From NCBI GenBank assembly GCA_963835065.1, contig CAWIEK010000002.1, positions 1 to 64,000 of the forward strand: a stretch of DNA of 64,000 nt, written 5' to 3'. Origin of the DNA: an uncultured Chthonomonadaceae bacterium (GTDB lineage: Bacteria; Armatimonadota; Chthonomonadetes; Chthonomonadales; Chthonomonadaceae). The translations under genes were made by a program, and so were the position numbers. Below, piece after piece: positions 41,096 to 50,087 of the stretch (positions are counted from its first letter, which is position 1; every line of letters begins with the position of its first letter). The notes beneath the pieces were generated by a model that was given only the letters and a program-made list of their open reading frames with translations, did no database searches and was not told the DNA's origin.

Positions 41096-43318
41096 ATGTG
41101 CTGTAAGTTCGGTTATCTGCTAACCGCTGCTCTTTTGTTTGTCCTCGCGGGCCGCGTTCCGGCCCAAAACGCGCCACCAACCGATGCCGAGAACTTTACG
41201 TTTCTCGACATCACCGATCTGCATGTGAACGCGCAGGGCAGCGTGGACGCCTTGCGCAAACTGACCGACGAAGCCCTGCAAATGTCGCCCAAACCCGCCT
41301 TTGTCGTGGCGAACGGCGACCTGACCGAAACCGGAACGCCTGCGGAAATCGCCAAACTGAAAGAAGCCATTGCGCCCTTAGAGCAGGCGGGCATCAAATT
41401 CCATGCCATACCCGGCAATTACGACGTGCGCTGGTCTCCCGACGGCAAGGAGAGTTTCGAGCGCGCGTTCGGCAAAACGTACCAGTCGTTCGATCACGGC
41501 GGGGCGCATTTCATCCTGCTGGACACCACCGTTCCCCTCGAACACTGGGGGCATCTGGACAAGGCGGAACTGGAATGGCTCAAAAAAGACCTGGCGAAAG
41601 TGAAGCCGCAAACGCCCCTGTTCGTGTTCATGCACCACTGGATCGGGCGTGACCGTCCGAGTGTGCGCGTGGTAGACAACGAGTTCGATTTGGTTCCGAT
41701 TTTGCGCTCCCGCAACGTGATCGCCATTTTCACCGGGCACGGGCGGCAGGATTTGGCCTGGCAAACCAACGGCGTCCGCACCTTCATGTCGGAAGGGCTG
41801 TTTCAGACACACGGCTCGTACTACCGCGTCAACGTTTCCAAACTGCTCGTCACGCTGGATCGGCAGTTCCTCAGCGCGACCGGCGAACCGTACCACGCCA
41901 CGATTCCCATCGCCAACAAGTCGCACCCCTCCATTCTCAAAGCCGAGTGGGACGACCCCGACAATGCGTTTCTGTCCCGCCGCCGCCCGCAGGCCAGCCT
42001 GAACCCCCGCGCCGTGACCGACAACCCCGACAAGGAAACGGCGGAATACCGCATTGACGACGGCCCGTACAAGCCCCTGCTCAAAGACAAGCGCGACCTG
42101 TGGCGGCAGCAGTTCGAGACCAAAGACATTGCCATTGGCGTTCATACCGCCGACGTGCGCCTGACGACCAGCAACAACATCACGTATGAAGACGAACTGA
42201 TCTTTGAACTGGAGCGCAACAACACCGAACCCACGCAAAAATGGGCCATCAATCTGGACGGCCCGATACAATCCACGCCGCTCCTGCTCAATGACCTGCT
42301 GATCGTCGGTTCCAGCGATGGCAAATGCTACGGCCTGGAACTGATGCGGGGCCGCAAAAAATGGACGTTCCCCACCAAAGGCCAGTTTATCGCCTCCCCC
42401 GTCCTTGACGGCAATACGGTTTATTTAGGTTCTACCGATCACTACTTGTACGCGCTGGAATCGGGCAGTGGGCGTCAAAAATGGCGGTACGACACGGGCG
42501 GGCCAATCTTTGCCACCGCCGCCGTCGCGCAGAACACGGTCTGCATCGGCGCGAAGGGCAAAATCATCGGCGTGGACGCGAATACGGGCAAATTCAAGTG
42601 GTCGGTTCCCACAACCGCCCTCTTCCAATCCCGCGCCACAACAGACGGCAGCGCGTTCTACCTGGGCGGATGGGACAACACCCTGTATGCCATTGATGCC
42701 GCAAACGGCGCGACGCGCTGGACGGTTCGCATGGGCGTTGACAAAAACAAGCAGTTGACGTCTACGTATTCCCCCGCGATTGCCGCGCCCACCCTCGCCA
42801 ACAACCGCGTCTACATCTGCTCCAACGACGGCGTTCTCCACGTCCTGAACGCGCAAACCGGCAAGGAAGCCTGGATCGCCGCCGCGCCCACCGCGTCTGA
42901 TCCCTTCGGCTATTCCACGCCCGCCGTTGTCGGTCCGAACGTGTACCTTGCCGGGCTGGGCAAAAACGGCGACGTGTACTGCCTGGATGCGGGCACGGGC
43001 AGCATCCAATGGCGCGAGTCAACCGGACAGACCATCTACGACTCTTCCCCGCGTCTCGCTCCCGACGGCAAAACCCTCGCCATCATGGGCGTTCGTGGTC
43101 GCGTCTCCGTTCTGGACACCCACACAGGCAAGCGCGTCTGGGGCTACGAACTCGGACCCGGCAACATCTTCTCCACCCCGGAATACGACGGCCAGCACGT
43201 CTACACCACCACGATGGCAAATGACGTACAGTGCATCAACGCGCCAGGTGTGGGCGGAATCGAGCGCCGCCAGCCTCGCACACCTGCCACCGATACACCG
43301 GGAACAACAGCGAAGTAA
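41096..43318 (+). CDS. Secreted metallophosphoesterase + PQQ-like (BamB-type) beta-propeller protein
   Basis: DLH, GDL, GN(Y)D, HH and GH motifs; repeated LYA.D..TG..KW. Confidence 0.88.
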   Translation: MCCKFGYLLTAALLFVLAGRVPAQNAPPTDAENFTFLDITDLHVNAQGSVDALRKLTDEALQMSPKPAFVVANGDLTETGTPAEIAKLKEAIAPLEQAGIKFHAIPGNYDVRWSPDGKESFERAFGKTYQSFDHGGAHFILLDTTVPLEHWGHLDKAELEWLKKDLAKVKPQTPLFVFMHHWIGRDRPSVRVVDNEFDLVPILRSRNVIAIFTGHGRQDLAWQTNGVRTFMSEGLFQTHGSYYRVNVSKLLVTLDRQFLSATGEPYHATIPIANKSHPSILKAEWDDPDNAFLSRRRPQASLNPRAVTDNPDKETAEYRIDDGPYKPLLKDKRDLWRQQFETKDIAIGVHTADVRLTTSNNITYEDELIFELERNNTEPTQKWAINLDGPIQSTPLLLNDLLIVGSSDGKCYGLELMRGRKKWTFPTKGQFIASPVLDGNTVYLGSTDHYLYALESGSGRQKWRYDTGGPIFATAAVAQNTVCIGAKGKIIGVDANTGKFKWSVPTTALFQSRATTDGSAFYLGGWDNTLYAIDAANGATRWTVRMGVDKNKQLTSTYSPAIAAPTLANNRVYICSNDGVLHVLNAQTGKEAWIAAAPTASDPFGYSTPAVVGPNVYLAGLGKNGDVYCLDAGTGSIQWRESTGQTIYDSSPRLAPDGKTLAIMGVRGRVSVLDTHTGKRVWGYELGPGNIFSTPEYDGQHVYTTTMANDVQCINAPGVGGIERRQPRTPATDTPGTTAK

Positions 43319-43650
43319 ACCACCCGCTTCGCTAGAGACACAGAGGCACAGAGGAAAAGCCAATGCGAGAAAAACAAAGGAGAACAAGAAGAGGAGAGAT
43401 AAGAAACCGCGAAACAAACGAAACAAACGAAAAAGAACATGCGGAAAGCATTGTCAAAGAAAAGATTGGGAAGCGTCTTACAAATGGCCTTCTCTTCTTT
43501 GTCACCTGTGCCTCTTTGCGGTTCATTTTGTTTTCTCTTTTGTGTTTCCTTTTTTTCGTCTTGGTTCGCGTCTTTCGCGGTTCCCCTCTCCTGATTTTCT
43601 CGTATTGGCTTTTCCTCTGTGCCTCTGTGTCTCTAGCGAAGCGGGTGGTT
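43318..43650. repeat. Nested inverted-repeat element between convergent genes
   Basis: Outer ACCACCCGCTTCGCTAGAGACACAGAGGCACAGAGGAAAAGCCAAT pair; inner AACCGCGAAA pair. Confidence 0.85.
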
Positions 43651-44396
43651 CATTTATTCTTCAGGTTTGCGGCGGCGGCCTGGTCGAGGAACCATGTCAG
43701 TGTGCCGTTCGTCGGCTGCACGGCCTGGGCGGGGAGGGCGTCGAAGTCCGCTTGGCCTTCCAAAATGGCGGCCACTTTGTCGGCTTTGTCGGCCTTGTCT
43801 ACGAGGAACAGGACATTGGCGGCGTTGTTCAGAACCGGGTAGGTCAGGGTGACGCGGGTTACGTAGGGCTGCATACCGGGTTCTGTGGCGACGGCGAGGC
43901 GGTGCTGCTCATGCAGGGCGGGTTTGTGCGGGAACAGGGAAGCGGTATGTCCGTCCGGCCCCATGCCTAACAGAATCAGGTCGAAGCGGGGCAATTGTCC
44001 CGGCTGTAGTTTGAAAAAGCGCTGAAGGTCTTCGGCGTACTGCTGCGCGGCAAGGTCGTGGTCGGGCAGGTCGGCAGGGATGCGATGCACGTTGTGGATG
44101 GGGTTAGGCGTTTTGGACAGCAGGGAAGTTTGCAGCATCTGGAAGTTGCTGTCGCTGCTGTCGGGCGCAACGCAGCGCTCATCCCCGAAGAACAGATGAA
44201 TGGCCTCCCAATCCAAAGTGGTATAGGGCGGTTCAGCCAGCAGGCCGTACATCACCGCCGGGGTGCGTCCACCGGCCAGCGCGACAGTGAACGGCTCCCC
44301 GGCTGAGTGTTTTTGTTCATACAGTTCCAAAAAGCGGTCAGCTGCGGCGCGGGCAAGATCGTCGGGCGTCTCGAAGATGCGAATAGCGCGGGTCAT
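43650..44396 (-). CDS. pgl: 6-phosphogluconolactonase
   Basis: LAGG.TP, FGDERCV..DSN, LLGMG.DGHTASLFP and R.TLT.P.LN.A. Confidence 0.95.
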   Translation of the reverse strand: MTRAIRIFETPDDLARAAADRFLELYEQKHSAGEPFTVALAGGRTPAVMYGLLAEPPYTTLDWEAIHLFFGDERCVAPDSSDSNFQMLQTSLLSKTPNPIHNVHRIPADLPDHDLAAQQYAEDLQRFFKLQPGQLPRFDLILLGMGPDGHTASLFPHKPALHEQHRLAVATEPGMQPYVTRVTLTYPVLNNAANVLFLVDKADKADKVAAILEGQADFDALPAQAVQPTNGTLTWFLDQAAAANLKNK

Positions 44397-44562
44397 GTCC
44401 TTCTTCCTTCCTTCGGTTACGTTGCTGTTGCTTTCGTGTCGTACTGTTGTTACGCTACAGGCGCAGGCATTTCAAACACAATGATACCCAATACTTGCCC
44501 GCCTGAATCTCGCTTGTTCCATTCACGATTGTATTTTCTACGCTTTGTTTAAGGAAAGTTCT

Positions 44563-45336
44563 ATGCTTGGAGCCATTGCCGGGGACATCATTGGAAGCGT
44601 GTACGAAGGCCGCAACATTCGTACTACAGATTTCCCCCTGTTTATCTCCCATTCGCGGTTTACGGACGATACCGTCCAATCCGTTGCCCTTGCGCACAGC
44701 CTGCTTTACAACGAGGATTTTACGCTGCTGCTCAAAACGTATTACGATCACTACCCGCATGTGGGCTACGGCGGCACATTCAAGGAATGGGCCAAATCCG
44801 ACAGCATGGAGCCGTATAACAGTTGGGGCAACGGATCGGCCATGCGCGTCAGCCCGATTGGTTGGGCGTTCGATACCATAGAAGACGTGCTGGAACAGGC
44901 AAGGCGCAGCGCGGAAGTGACGCACAACCACCCGGAAGGCATCCGAGGGGCGCAGGCGATTGCTTCGGCTATCTTTCTGGCGCGGCAAAGCCAGAGCAAG
45001 GAAGCGATTCGCGCCTATATAGAGGATACCTTCGGCTACGCGCTCGATGATACGGTTGAAAACCTCCAACAAACCTACGTATTTGATGTTTCCTGTCAGG
45101 GTTCCGTGCCGCAGGCCATTATCGCGTTTATCGCATCGGACGACTACGAAGATTGTGTCCGCAAAGCCGTTTCCATCGGCGGCGACAGCGATACGATTGC
45201 CTGTATGGCCGGCGGCATAGCCCATGCCTTTTACGGCGGCGTACCGGACAAAATCAAGCGCGAAATGTATTCCCGCCTCGACGAACCACTCATAGAAATC
45301 GCCTACTGGTTTTGCGAGAAGTTCGATTGCGGGTGA
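44563..45336 (+). CDS. ADP-ribosylglycohydrolase family protein
   Basis: GAIAGDIIGS.YE, FTDDT, GNGSAMRVSP, THNHPEG and GGDSDTIA. Confidence 0.92.
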   Translation: MLGAIAGDIIGSVYEGRNIRTTDFPLFISHSRFTDDTVQSVALAHSLLYNEDFTLLLKTYYDHYPHVGYGGTFKEWAKSDSMEPYNSWGNGSAMRVSPIGWAFDTIEDVLEQARRSAEVTHNHPEGIRGAQAIASAIFLARQSQSKEAIRAYIEDTFGYALDDTVENLQQTYVFDVSCQGSVPQAIIAFIASDDYEDCVRKAVSIGGDSDTIACMAGGIAHAFYGGVPDKIKREMYSRLDEPLIEIAYWFCEKFDCG

Positions 45337-45339
45337 CGG

Positions 45340-45445
45340 TCGGGTATTCGGTATTCAGGTGTTCAGGTGTTCAAATTATAGAGTTGTCACACTAAAGTAA
45401 ACTCTGGCACTTTTGTATTTCCCGAACACCGAACACCGAACACGA
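45340..45445. repeat. Heptamer inverted repeat
   Basis: (GGT[AG]TTC[A])n ... (GAACACC)n. Confidence 0.75.
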
Positions 45446-45453
45446 AGTTCCAT

Positions 45454-45553
45454 TTGACTTCCCTTCGTTCGTTGCGTATCATTATAATAGTGGTAGTCCA
45501 TCTGCTGCATCGCAAGGGACGCGGTTGAAACAACCGCCTGCTTCTGGCGTCTA
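45454..45553 (+). promoter_or_regulatory. Tandem sigma70 and ECF promoters
   Basis: TTGACT-N17-TATCAT at 45454-45482; TGAAAC-N16-CGTCTA at 45526-45553. Confidence 0.65.
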
Positions 45554-45645
45554 CAACAATAGCGCGAAGCGTTTTGCCTTGCGTGATTTCGCCTGTCTTC
45601 TTCTGATACTTGAATTCTCTCATTATATTTCGCGAGGAGTGTGTA

Positions 45646-46611
45646 ATGCTCGTTTGTTCTTCGTTGCGCGATTCGTTGCTGAAGCGCTGTGTTCGTGCCG
45701 CTTCGCTGCTTGGTTTGGGGTTGGCGGCTTGCGTGGTGGGCGCTCGTCCGGCACAGGCGGATGGCAAATCCGCGCTGCCGATGGGCGTGGACACGTTTAA
45801 GATGACCAAGCCCGTGCAGACGTTTTCGCCCGGTACGCTGGAAAACCACATTGACGGGCAGGCCGAATCGGTGAAAAAGTACGACTTCAAGCAGTGCGAT
45901 TATGCCGAGTACGCGCCGGGCGGCAAGGGTACGCAGTTAATTACGGTTGACGTGTACACGATGGGCAGCCCGCTCGACAGCTACGGGTATTACAGCTACC
46001 AGTTGTACCCAAGCGCGAACCGCGTGAAGTTTGTCAAGTTGGGCAATGTGGAAGGCTACCAGACTTCCGACAGCGTGAACTTTTGGAAGGGGCCGTATTA
46101 TGTGGTCGTGACTATCACCGCCGCCAATTCGCCGCCCAATTATCAGGCCGAAGCGCCCAAAATCGCGGCTGCCATCGCCGCCAAACTGACGGGCGGGCAA
46201 ACGCCCCCGCCGATGCTGGCCTTGCTGCCGCCGGGTCGGATACTCCATTCCGAACACTATCAACGCGCCGACATTTTCTCGCAGGCGTTTTTGAAAAACG
46301 GCGTTGTGGCGAATTATCCCACCGTCGGCCCGCAGGGGGAATTGTTTGTGGCGCAGTATCCGTCCGCCGATGCCGCAAAGCAGGCCTACGGGCAGTATCA
46401 AGCCTATCTCACCAAGCCCGCAACCGCGGCGGCGGGAGCCAAAGCCGAAATGCCGAAAGGCTTGGGCGACAGCGCGGTAGCCGTAAAAACCAAGTTCGGC
46501 GGTCAGGTGGTAGCGGCAATTAAGGGTAAAACCATCGTCGGCGTCCGCAAAGCCAACAATCCCGCCGGCGCTCAATCCCTCGTCAAAGCCGCCATCGCCA
46601 AAGCCCAATAA
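45646..46611 (+). CDS. DUF6599-like secreted protein
   Basis: L...IDG.AE....Y.F, VY.MG.P..YG.YS and FWKG.YYV; precedes DUF362. Confidence 0.7.
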   Translation: MLVCSSLRDSLLKRCVRAASLLGLGLAACVVGARPAQADGKSALPMGVDTFKMTKPVQTFSPGTLENHIDGQAESVKKYDFKQCDYAEYAPGGKGTQLITVDVYTMGSPLDSYGYYSYQLYPSANRVKFVKLGNVEGYQTSDSVNFWKGPYYVVVTITAANSPPNYQAEAPKIAAAIAAKLTGGQTPPPMLALLPPGRILHSEHYQRADIFSQAFLKNGVVANYPTVGPQGELFVAQYPSADAAKQAYGQYQAYLTKPATAAAGAKAEMPKGLGDSAVAVKTKFGGQVVAAIKGKTIVGVRKANNPAGAQSLVKAAIAKAQ

Positions 46612-46629
46612 CATTTACCGAGGACGCTA

Positions 46630-47190
46630 ATGTCGGCCATGACAACGAAAATGAAAGCCACAATTGATGACTTGTACCGTGTGCCGGAACATGGCAAAGC
46701 GGAACTGGTCAATGGAGAGTTGGTTCTTATGCCGCCCACAGGAGCCTTTCCCGGACGCGCGGGAGGAGAAATTTACGTCAGTTTACGCCAGCATGAGCGA
46801 AATGTTGGCGGTGGCCGCGCTTATCCTGATAACGTCGGTTTTGCCGTTAATCTGCCGCATCGGGAGTCATTCAGCCCGGACGCGGCCTGGCATACAGGAC
46901 AAAGCACAGGCCTGAAATTTTTGCAGGGAGCGCCGGTATTTGCGGCAGAGATACGCAGTGAAAACGATTATGGCCCGGCGGCGGAACGCGCAATGGCAGA
47001 CAAACGCGCCGACTACTTTGCTACCGGAACGCTGGTTGTGTGGGATGTAAATTTAACTAGCGCGGATGTAATCAAGAAGTACAGCGCCAGTGCCCCGAAC
47101 GATCCAATCGTTTTTCGGCGTGGCGAACGGGCAGAAGCAGAGCCTGCCGTTCCCGGTTGGATCATGCTTGTGAATGATCTGTTCACGTAG
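46630..47190 (+). CDS. Uma2-family endonuclease
   Basis: ELVNGELV.M.P, SPDAA, P..A.EI.S, K..DYF..G..VVW and P.VPGW. Confidence 0.9.
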   Translation: MSAMTTKMKATIDDLYRVPEHGKAELVNGELVLMPPTGAFPGRAGGEIYVSLRQHERNVGGGRAYPDNVGFAVNLPHRESFSPDAAWHTGQSTGLKFLQGAPVFAAEIRSENDYGPAAERAMADKRADYFATGTLVVWDVNLTSADVIKKYSASAPNDPIVFRRGERAEAEPAVPGWIMLVNDLFT

Positions 47191-47269
47191 CCACAAGTGA
47201 GCAGTTTCTACACGATGCTGAAATTGTAAATCTGCTTTGACGCTGTTTCTTGGAGGGCAGGAGCGACCC

Positions 47270-47572
47270 GTGAACGATACAATTACCTGTGAAGAGTTAG
47301 AGCGCTTTTTTGAGGATTTTGCGACGGAACTGGAAAAAGGCCAGACGGTTCCGTATGCCCTGCAAACCCTGTCCAATCAAGAAGGTAATACGTTTTTTCG
47401 GTGCATCATTGATGAAGTGTATGAAAGCGTCACCTATGGCATGACGCTTACGGACGCGCTGATGCGGCATCCCAGCGTGTTCGACAATGATATTGTGGAC
47501 GCCGTCCGTGAGGGCGAAGAAAGCGGAACCCTTACGGAAACGCTGTGTCGGCTTGGCGAAAGCGGCAACTAA
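47270..47572 (+). CDS. Stand-alone T2SS-F/PilC-domain small protein
   Basis: G..L.DAL..HP.VF......V..GEESG.L...L.RL. Confidence 0.75.
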   Translation: MNDTITCEELERFFEDFATELEKGQTVPYALQTLSNQEGNTFFRCIIDEVYESVTYGMTLTDALMRHPSVFDNDIVDAVREGEESGTLTETLCRLGESGN

Positions 47573-47715
47573 ACAGTTGATAGTTGATAGTTGATAGGGA
47601 TACAAGAATTATTAACTATCCACTGTCAACTTTCAAACCTTATCCTCAACGGAAGAGCGCTGAAAGTTCGTCGCTCGTGCATCCCTATCAACTATCAACT
47701 ATCAACTATCAACTG
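47572..47715. repeat. Heptamer inverted repeat
   Basis: (AGTTGAT)x3 ... (ATCAACT)x4. Confidence 0.8.
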
Positions 47716-47771
47716 TTTAGACGCGCCGGACGCGCTTTGTGTCCGCTGGATAACGGCAGGAGAACAAGAAC

Positions 47772-48869
47772 ATGGCAGAAGACAAAACAACGGGCAAGCA
47801 GGACGAGGTTAAAGTTGCGCCCAAAGCAGACGATACGCTCAGTCCCGAAGAGAAAGCCGCCAATCGCCGCAAGTTTCTGGAAATCGCAGGCGGAACCGCG
47901 CTGCTCGGCGGTTTGTACGGGCTGACCTTCTTCAATCACGAGGACGCCGCCAAGCCCCGCAACATCCGCAAGCCGGAAAAAGCGACGCCGACCACGCCCG
48001 ACATTGTGGCCGTGGAAGGCAACCCCGAATCCTACGGCGACATTACCGAACGCGCCATCAACGAACTCGGCGGCATTGAAAAGTTCGTCAAAAAGGGCGA
48101 CAAAGTCGTGATTACGCCCAACATGGGCTGGATGCGGACGCCCGAACAGGCGGCGGCCACGCATCCCGATGTGCTGCGCCGTCTGGTGCAGTTGTGCGAA
48201 CGGGCGGGCGCGTCGCGCATTACGTGCATTGATTATACGCTCGACGACTGGAAACTCGCCTTTGAAATCTGCGGCGCGAACAAAGCCGTGCTGGGAACCA
48301 AAGCCAAACTGCTGTCGCCCACCGAACAAACGATGTACAAGCAGGTGGACATTCCCAGCGCCGTGCCGCGCATGACAGCGGAAGGCTTGGCCTACGATCC
48401 CAAACACCACTTCAACCAGATCGAACAGCACATCCCGCATGACATCATCGAAGCGGACTGCTTCATCGTGAACCCGGTTGTCAAAGATCACGAAGCCGCT
48501 GTCATTACGATTGCCATGAAGAAACTGATGGGCTGCATCTGGAACCGCAAGGACTACCATCGCTACGGCCTGCACGACTGCATTGCCGAACTGAACATGT
48601 TCATCAAGCCCACGCTGATTGTCACGGACGCGACTCGCGCCCTGCAAACGCGCGGCCCCAAAGGTCCCGGCGAAGTGACCACGCCGCATAAAGTGATCGC
48701 GGGCATTGACCCGGTGGCTTTGGACAGCTACTGCTGCCAGTTCCTCACGGTCAAGGGCATCACGCCGGACCAGGTGAACCATCTCGTCCTTGCCAACAGC
48801 CTGGGACGCGGCCAGATTGACACCAGCCAACTCATTCTCAAGGAAATATCCGGCGCAAAGGGCGCGTAA
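47772..48869 (+). CDS. DUF362 protein with Tat-like segment
   Basis: RRKFL, LGG..KFVKKGD.V.I.PN, T.P, K.H, MK.LMG and D.VA.D. Confidence 0.88.
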   Translation: MAEDKTTGKQDEVKVAPKADDTLSPEEKAANRRKFLEIAGGTALLGGLYGLTFFNHEDAAKPRNIRKPEKATPTTPDIVAVEGNPESYGDITERAINELGGIEKFVKKGDKVVITPNMGWMRTPEQAAATHPDVLRRLVQLCERAGASRITCIDYTLDDWKLAFEICGANKAVLGTKAKLLSPTEQTMYKQVDIPSAVPRMTAEGLAYDPKHHFNQIEQHIPHDIIEADCFIVNPVVKDHEAAVITIAMKKLMGCIWNRKDYHRYGLHDCIAELNMFIKPTLIVTDATRALQTRGPKGPGEVTTPHKVIAGIDPVALDSYCCQFLTVKGITPDQVNHLVLANSLGRGQIDTSQLILKEISGAKGA

Positions 48870-49282
48870 TGAACGCTTCCGAGTTTATGTTTCTGGATGC
48901 GCCCAACTGCCGACTGGAACTCCGGCGCGGCGTTATCTGCGAACGCGAGTTTTTGGGCGCGGCGGGTGGCAGCGCAACGTGCCGGTTGTTATGCGCCCTT
49001 ACTGCGCCCTATCTGGAAGATACCAGCGTCACTGTTCTGGCGGGCGGCACAGGTTTTCTCATTGAACAAACCCCGGACACCGTAATCGCCCCAAATGGAG
49101 CCGTGTTCGTCCATCGTGACCTGAGTTCGTGTCCCGAAGACGAGTACCTAACCGTTCCGCCGGACATAGTACTCGAAACGTGGACGCCGCCGGCAGTGAT
49201 GTTTTGCCTGGCTTCACTTTGCCGGTACACAGGTTATTTCGCGATGCAATCCGAAAATGCTCTTGAACTCGCCTATCGCTAG
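48869..49282 (+). pseudogene. Truncated Uma2-like endonuclease
   Basis: LEL.RG, GF.I...PDTV.AP, PPD.V.E..P, then loses similarity. Confidence 0.65.
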
Positions 49283-49315
49283 GAATTTGGTAGATGAGTA
49301 CAAGTAACAGGGATA

Positions 49316-49783
49316 GTGGAGCGTGATTTCTACATGGCTGACGTTGAATTTACCGCGGAAAGTTACCATGACGCTGCATTGCAACATCTGCGCTTCGCCG
49401 GAACCTCGCATAGCGCAGGAGCATACTTCTACGCGCACTATTTTTCCGGGCTGGCGGTTGAATGTATTCTCAGAGCCTATAGACTTAAAATCAGCAAAGC
49501 GTTCGATGCGCGGCATGACCTGTATGAGCTTGCCAAATCTGCAGAGTTCTTCGATTTGGTTTCTCCTGAACTTCAGGTGGAGTACGGCGCTAAGTTCATT
49601 ACGCTGAATTTACGCTGGCGCAGTAATCAACGCTATATGTCAGAGGAACAACTAAAGAAATACTTGCGTGGCTTACGCGCTGACTTCGACAAAAAGGGCG
49701 AACGCTTCAAAAACAACAGTTCGACGGTCTATCAGCTTGCTTATAACATTGTGAACTTAGGAGATCGGAAATGGACACCTTAG
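49316..49783 (+). CDS. HEPN-like protein
   Basis: A.Y..GLAVEC.L.A, RHDL..L and W....RY. Confidence 0.7.
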   Translation: MERDFYMADVEFTAESYHDAALQHLRFAGTSHSAGAYFYAHYFSGLAVECILRAYRLKISKAFDARHDLYELAKSAEFFDLVSPELQVEYGAKFITLNLRWRSNQRYMSEEQLKKYLRGLRADFDKKGERFKNNSSTVYQLAYNIVNLGDRKWTP

Positions 49784-50043
49784 AAAAGACAACGATTGAG
49801 GCGCAAGTCTACCGCGCATTACAACAGCTTTTTCCGGGTGCGCAAATCGAAGTAGATATGTCAAAGGGCGCGAAAAAAGTGAGCGGCTACGTTGTATGGG
49901 ACGGATTTGGCGATGAAAGCATTCTGGAGCGGCAGACCGCGCTATACCAACGCCTCAATGACGCTCTTGGGGAGCAGGCGCGGCGAGTTTCGTTGATTTT
50001 CACCTATACGCCCAAAGAGTTCGCGCTTATGAACTCTGTTTAA
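49771..50043 (+). CDS. BolA-like small protein overlapping the HEPN gene
   Basis: FP.A, VV..GF...S.LERQ..LY..L...L and S...YTP.E. Confidence 0.6.
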   Translation: MDTLEKTTIEAQVYRALQQLFPGAQIEVDMSKGAKKVSGYVVWDGFGDESILERQTALYQRLNDALGEQARRVSLIFTYTPKEFALMNSV

Positions 50044-50087
50044 CTTGTTTTTGAGGCAGCAAGCGCCTGACGTAAACTGTTCTCGAG

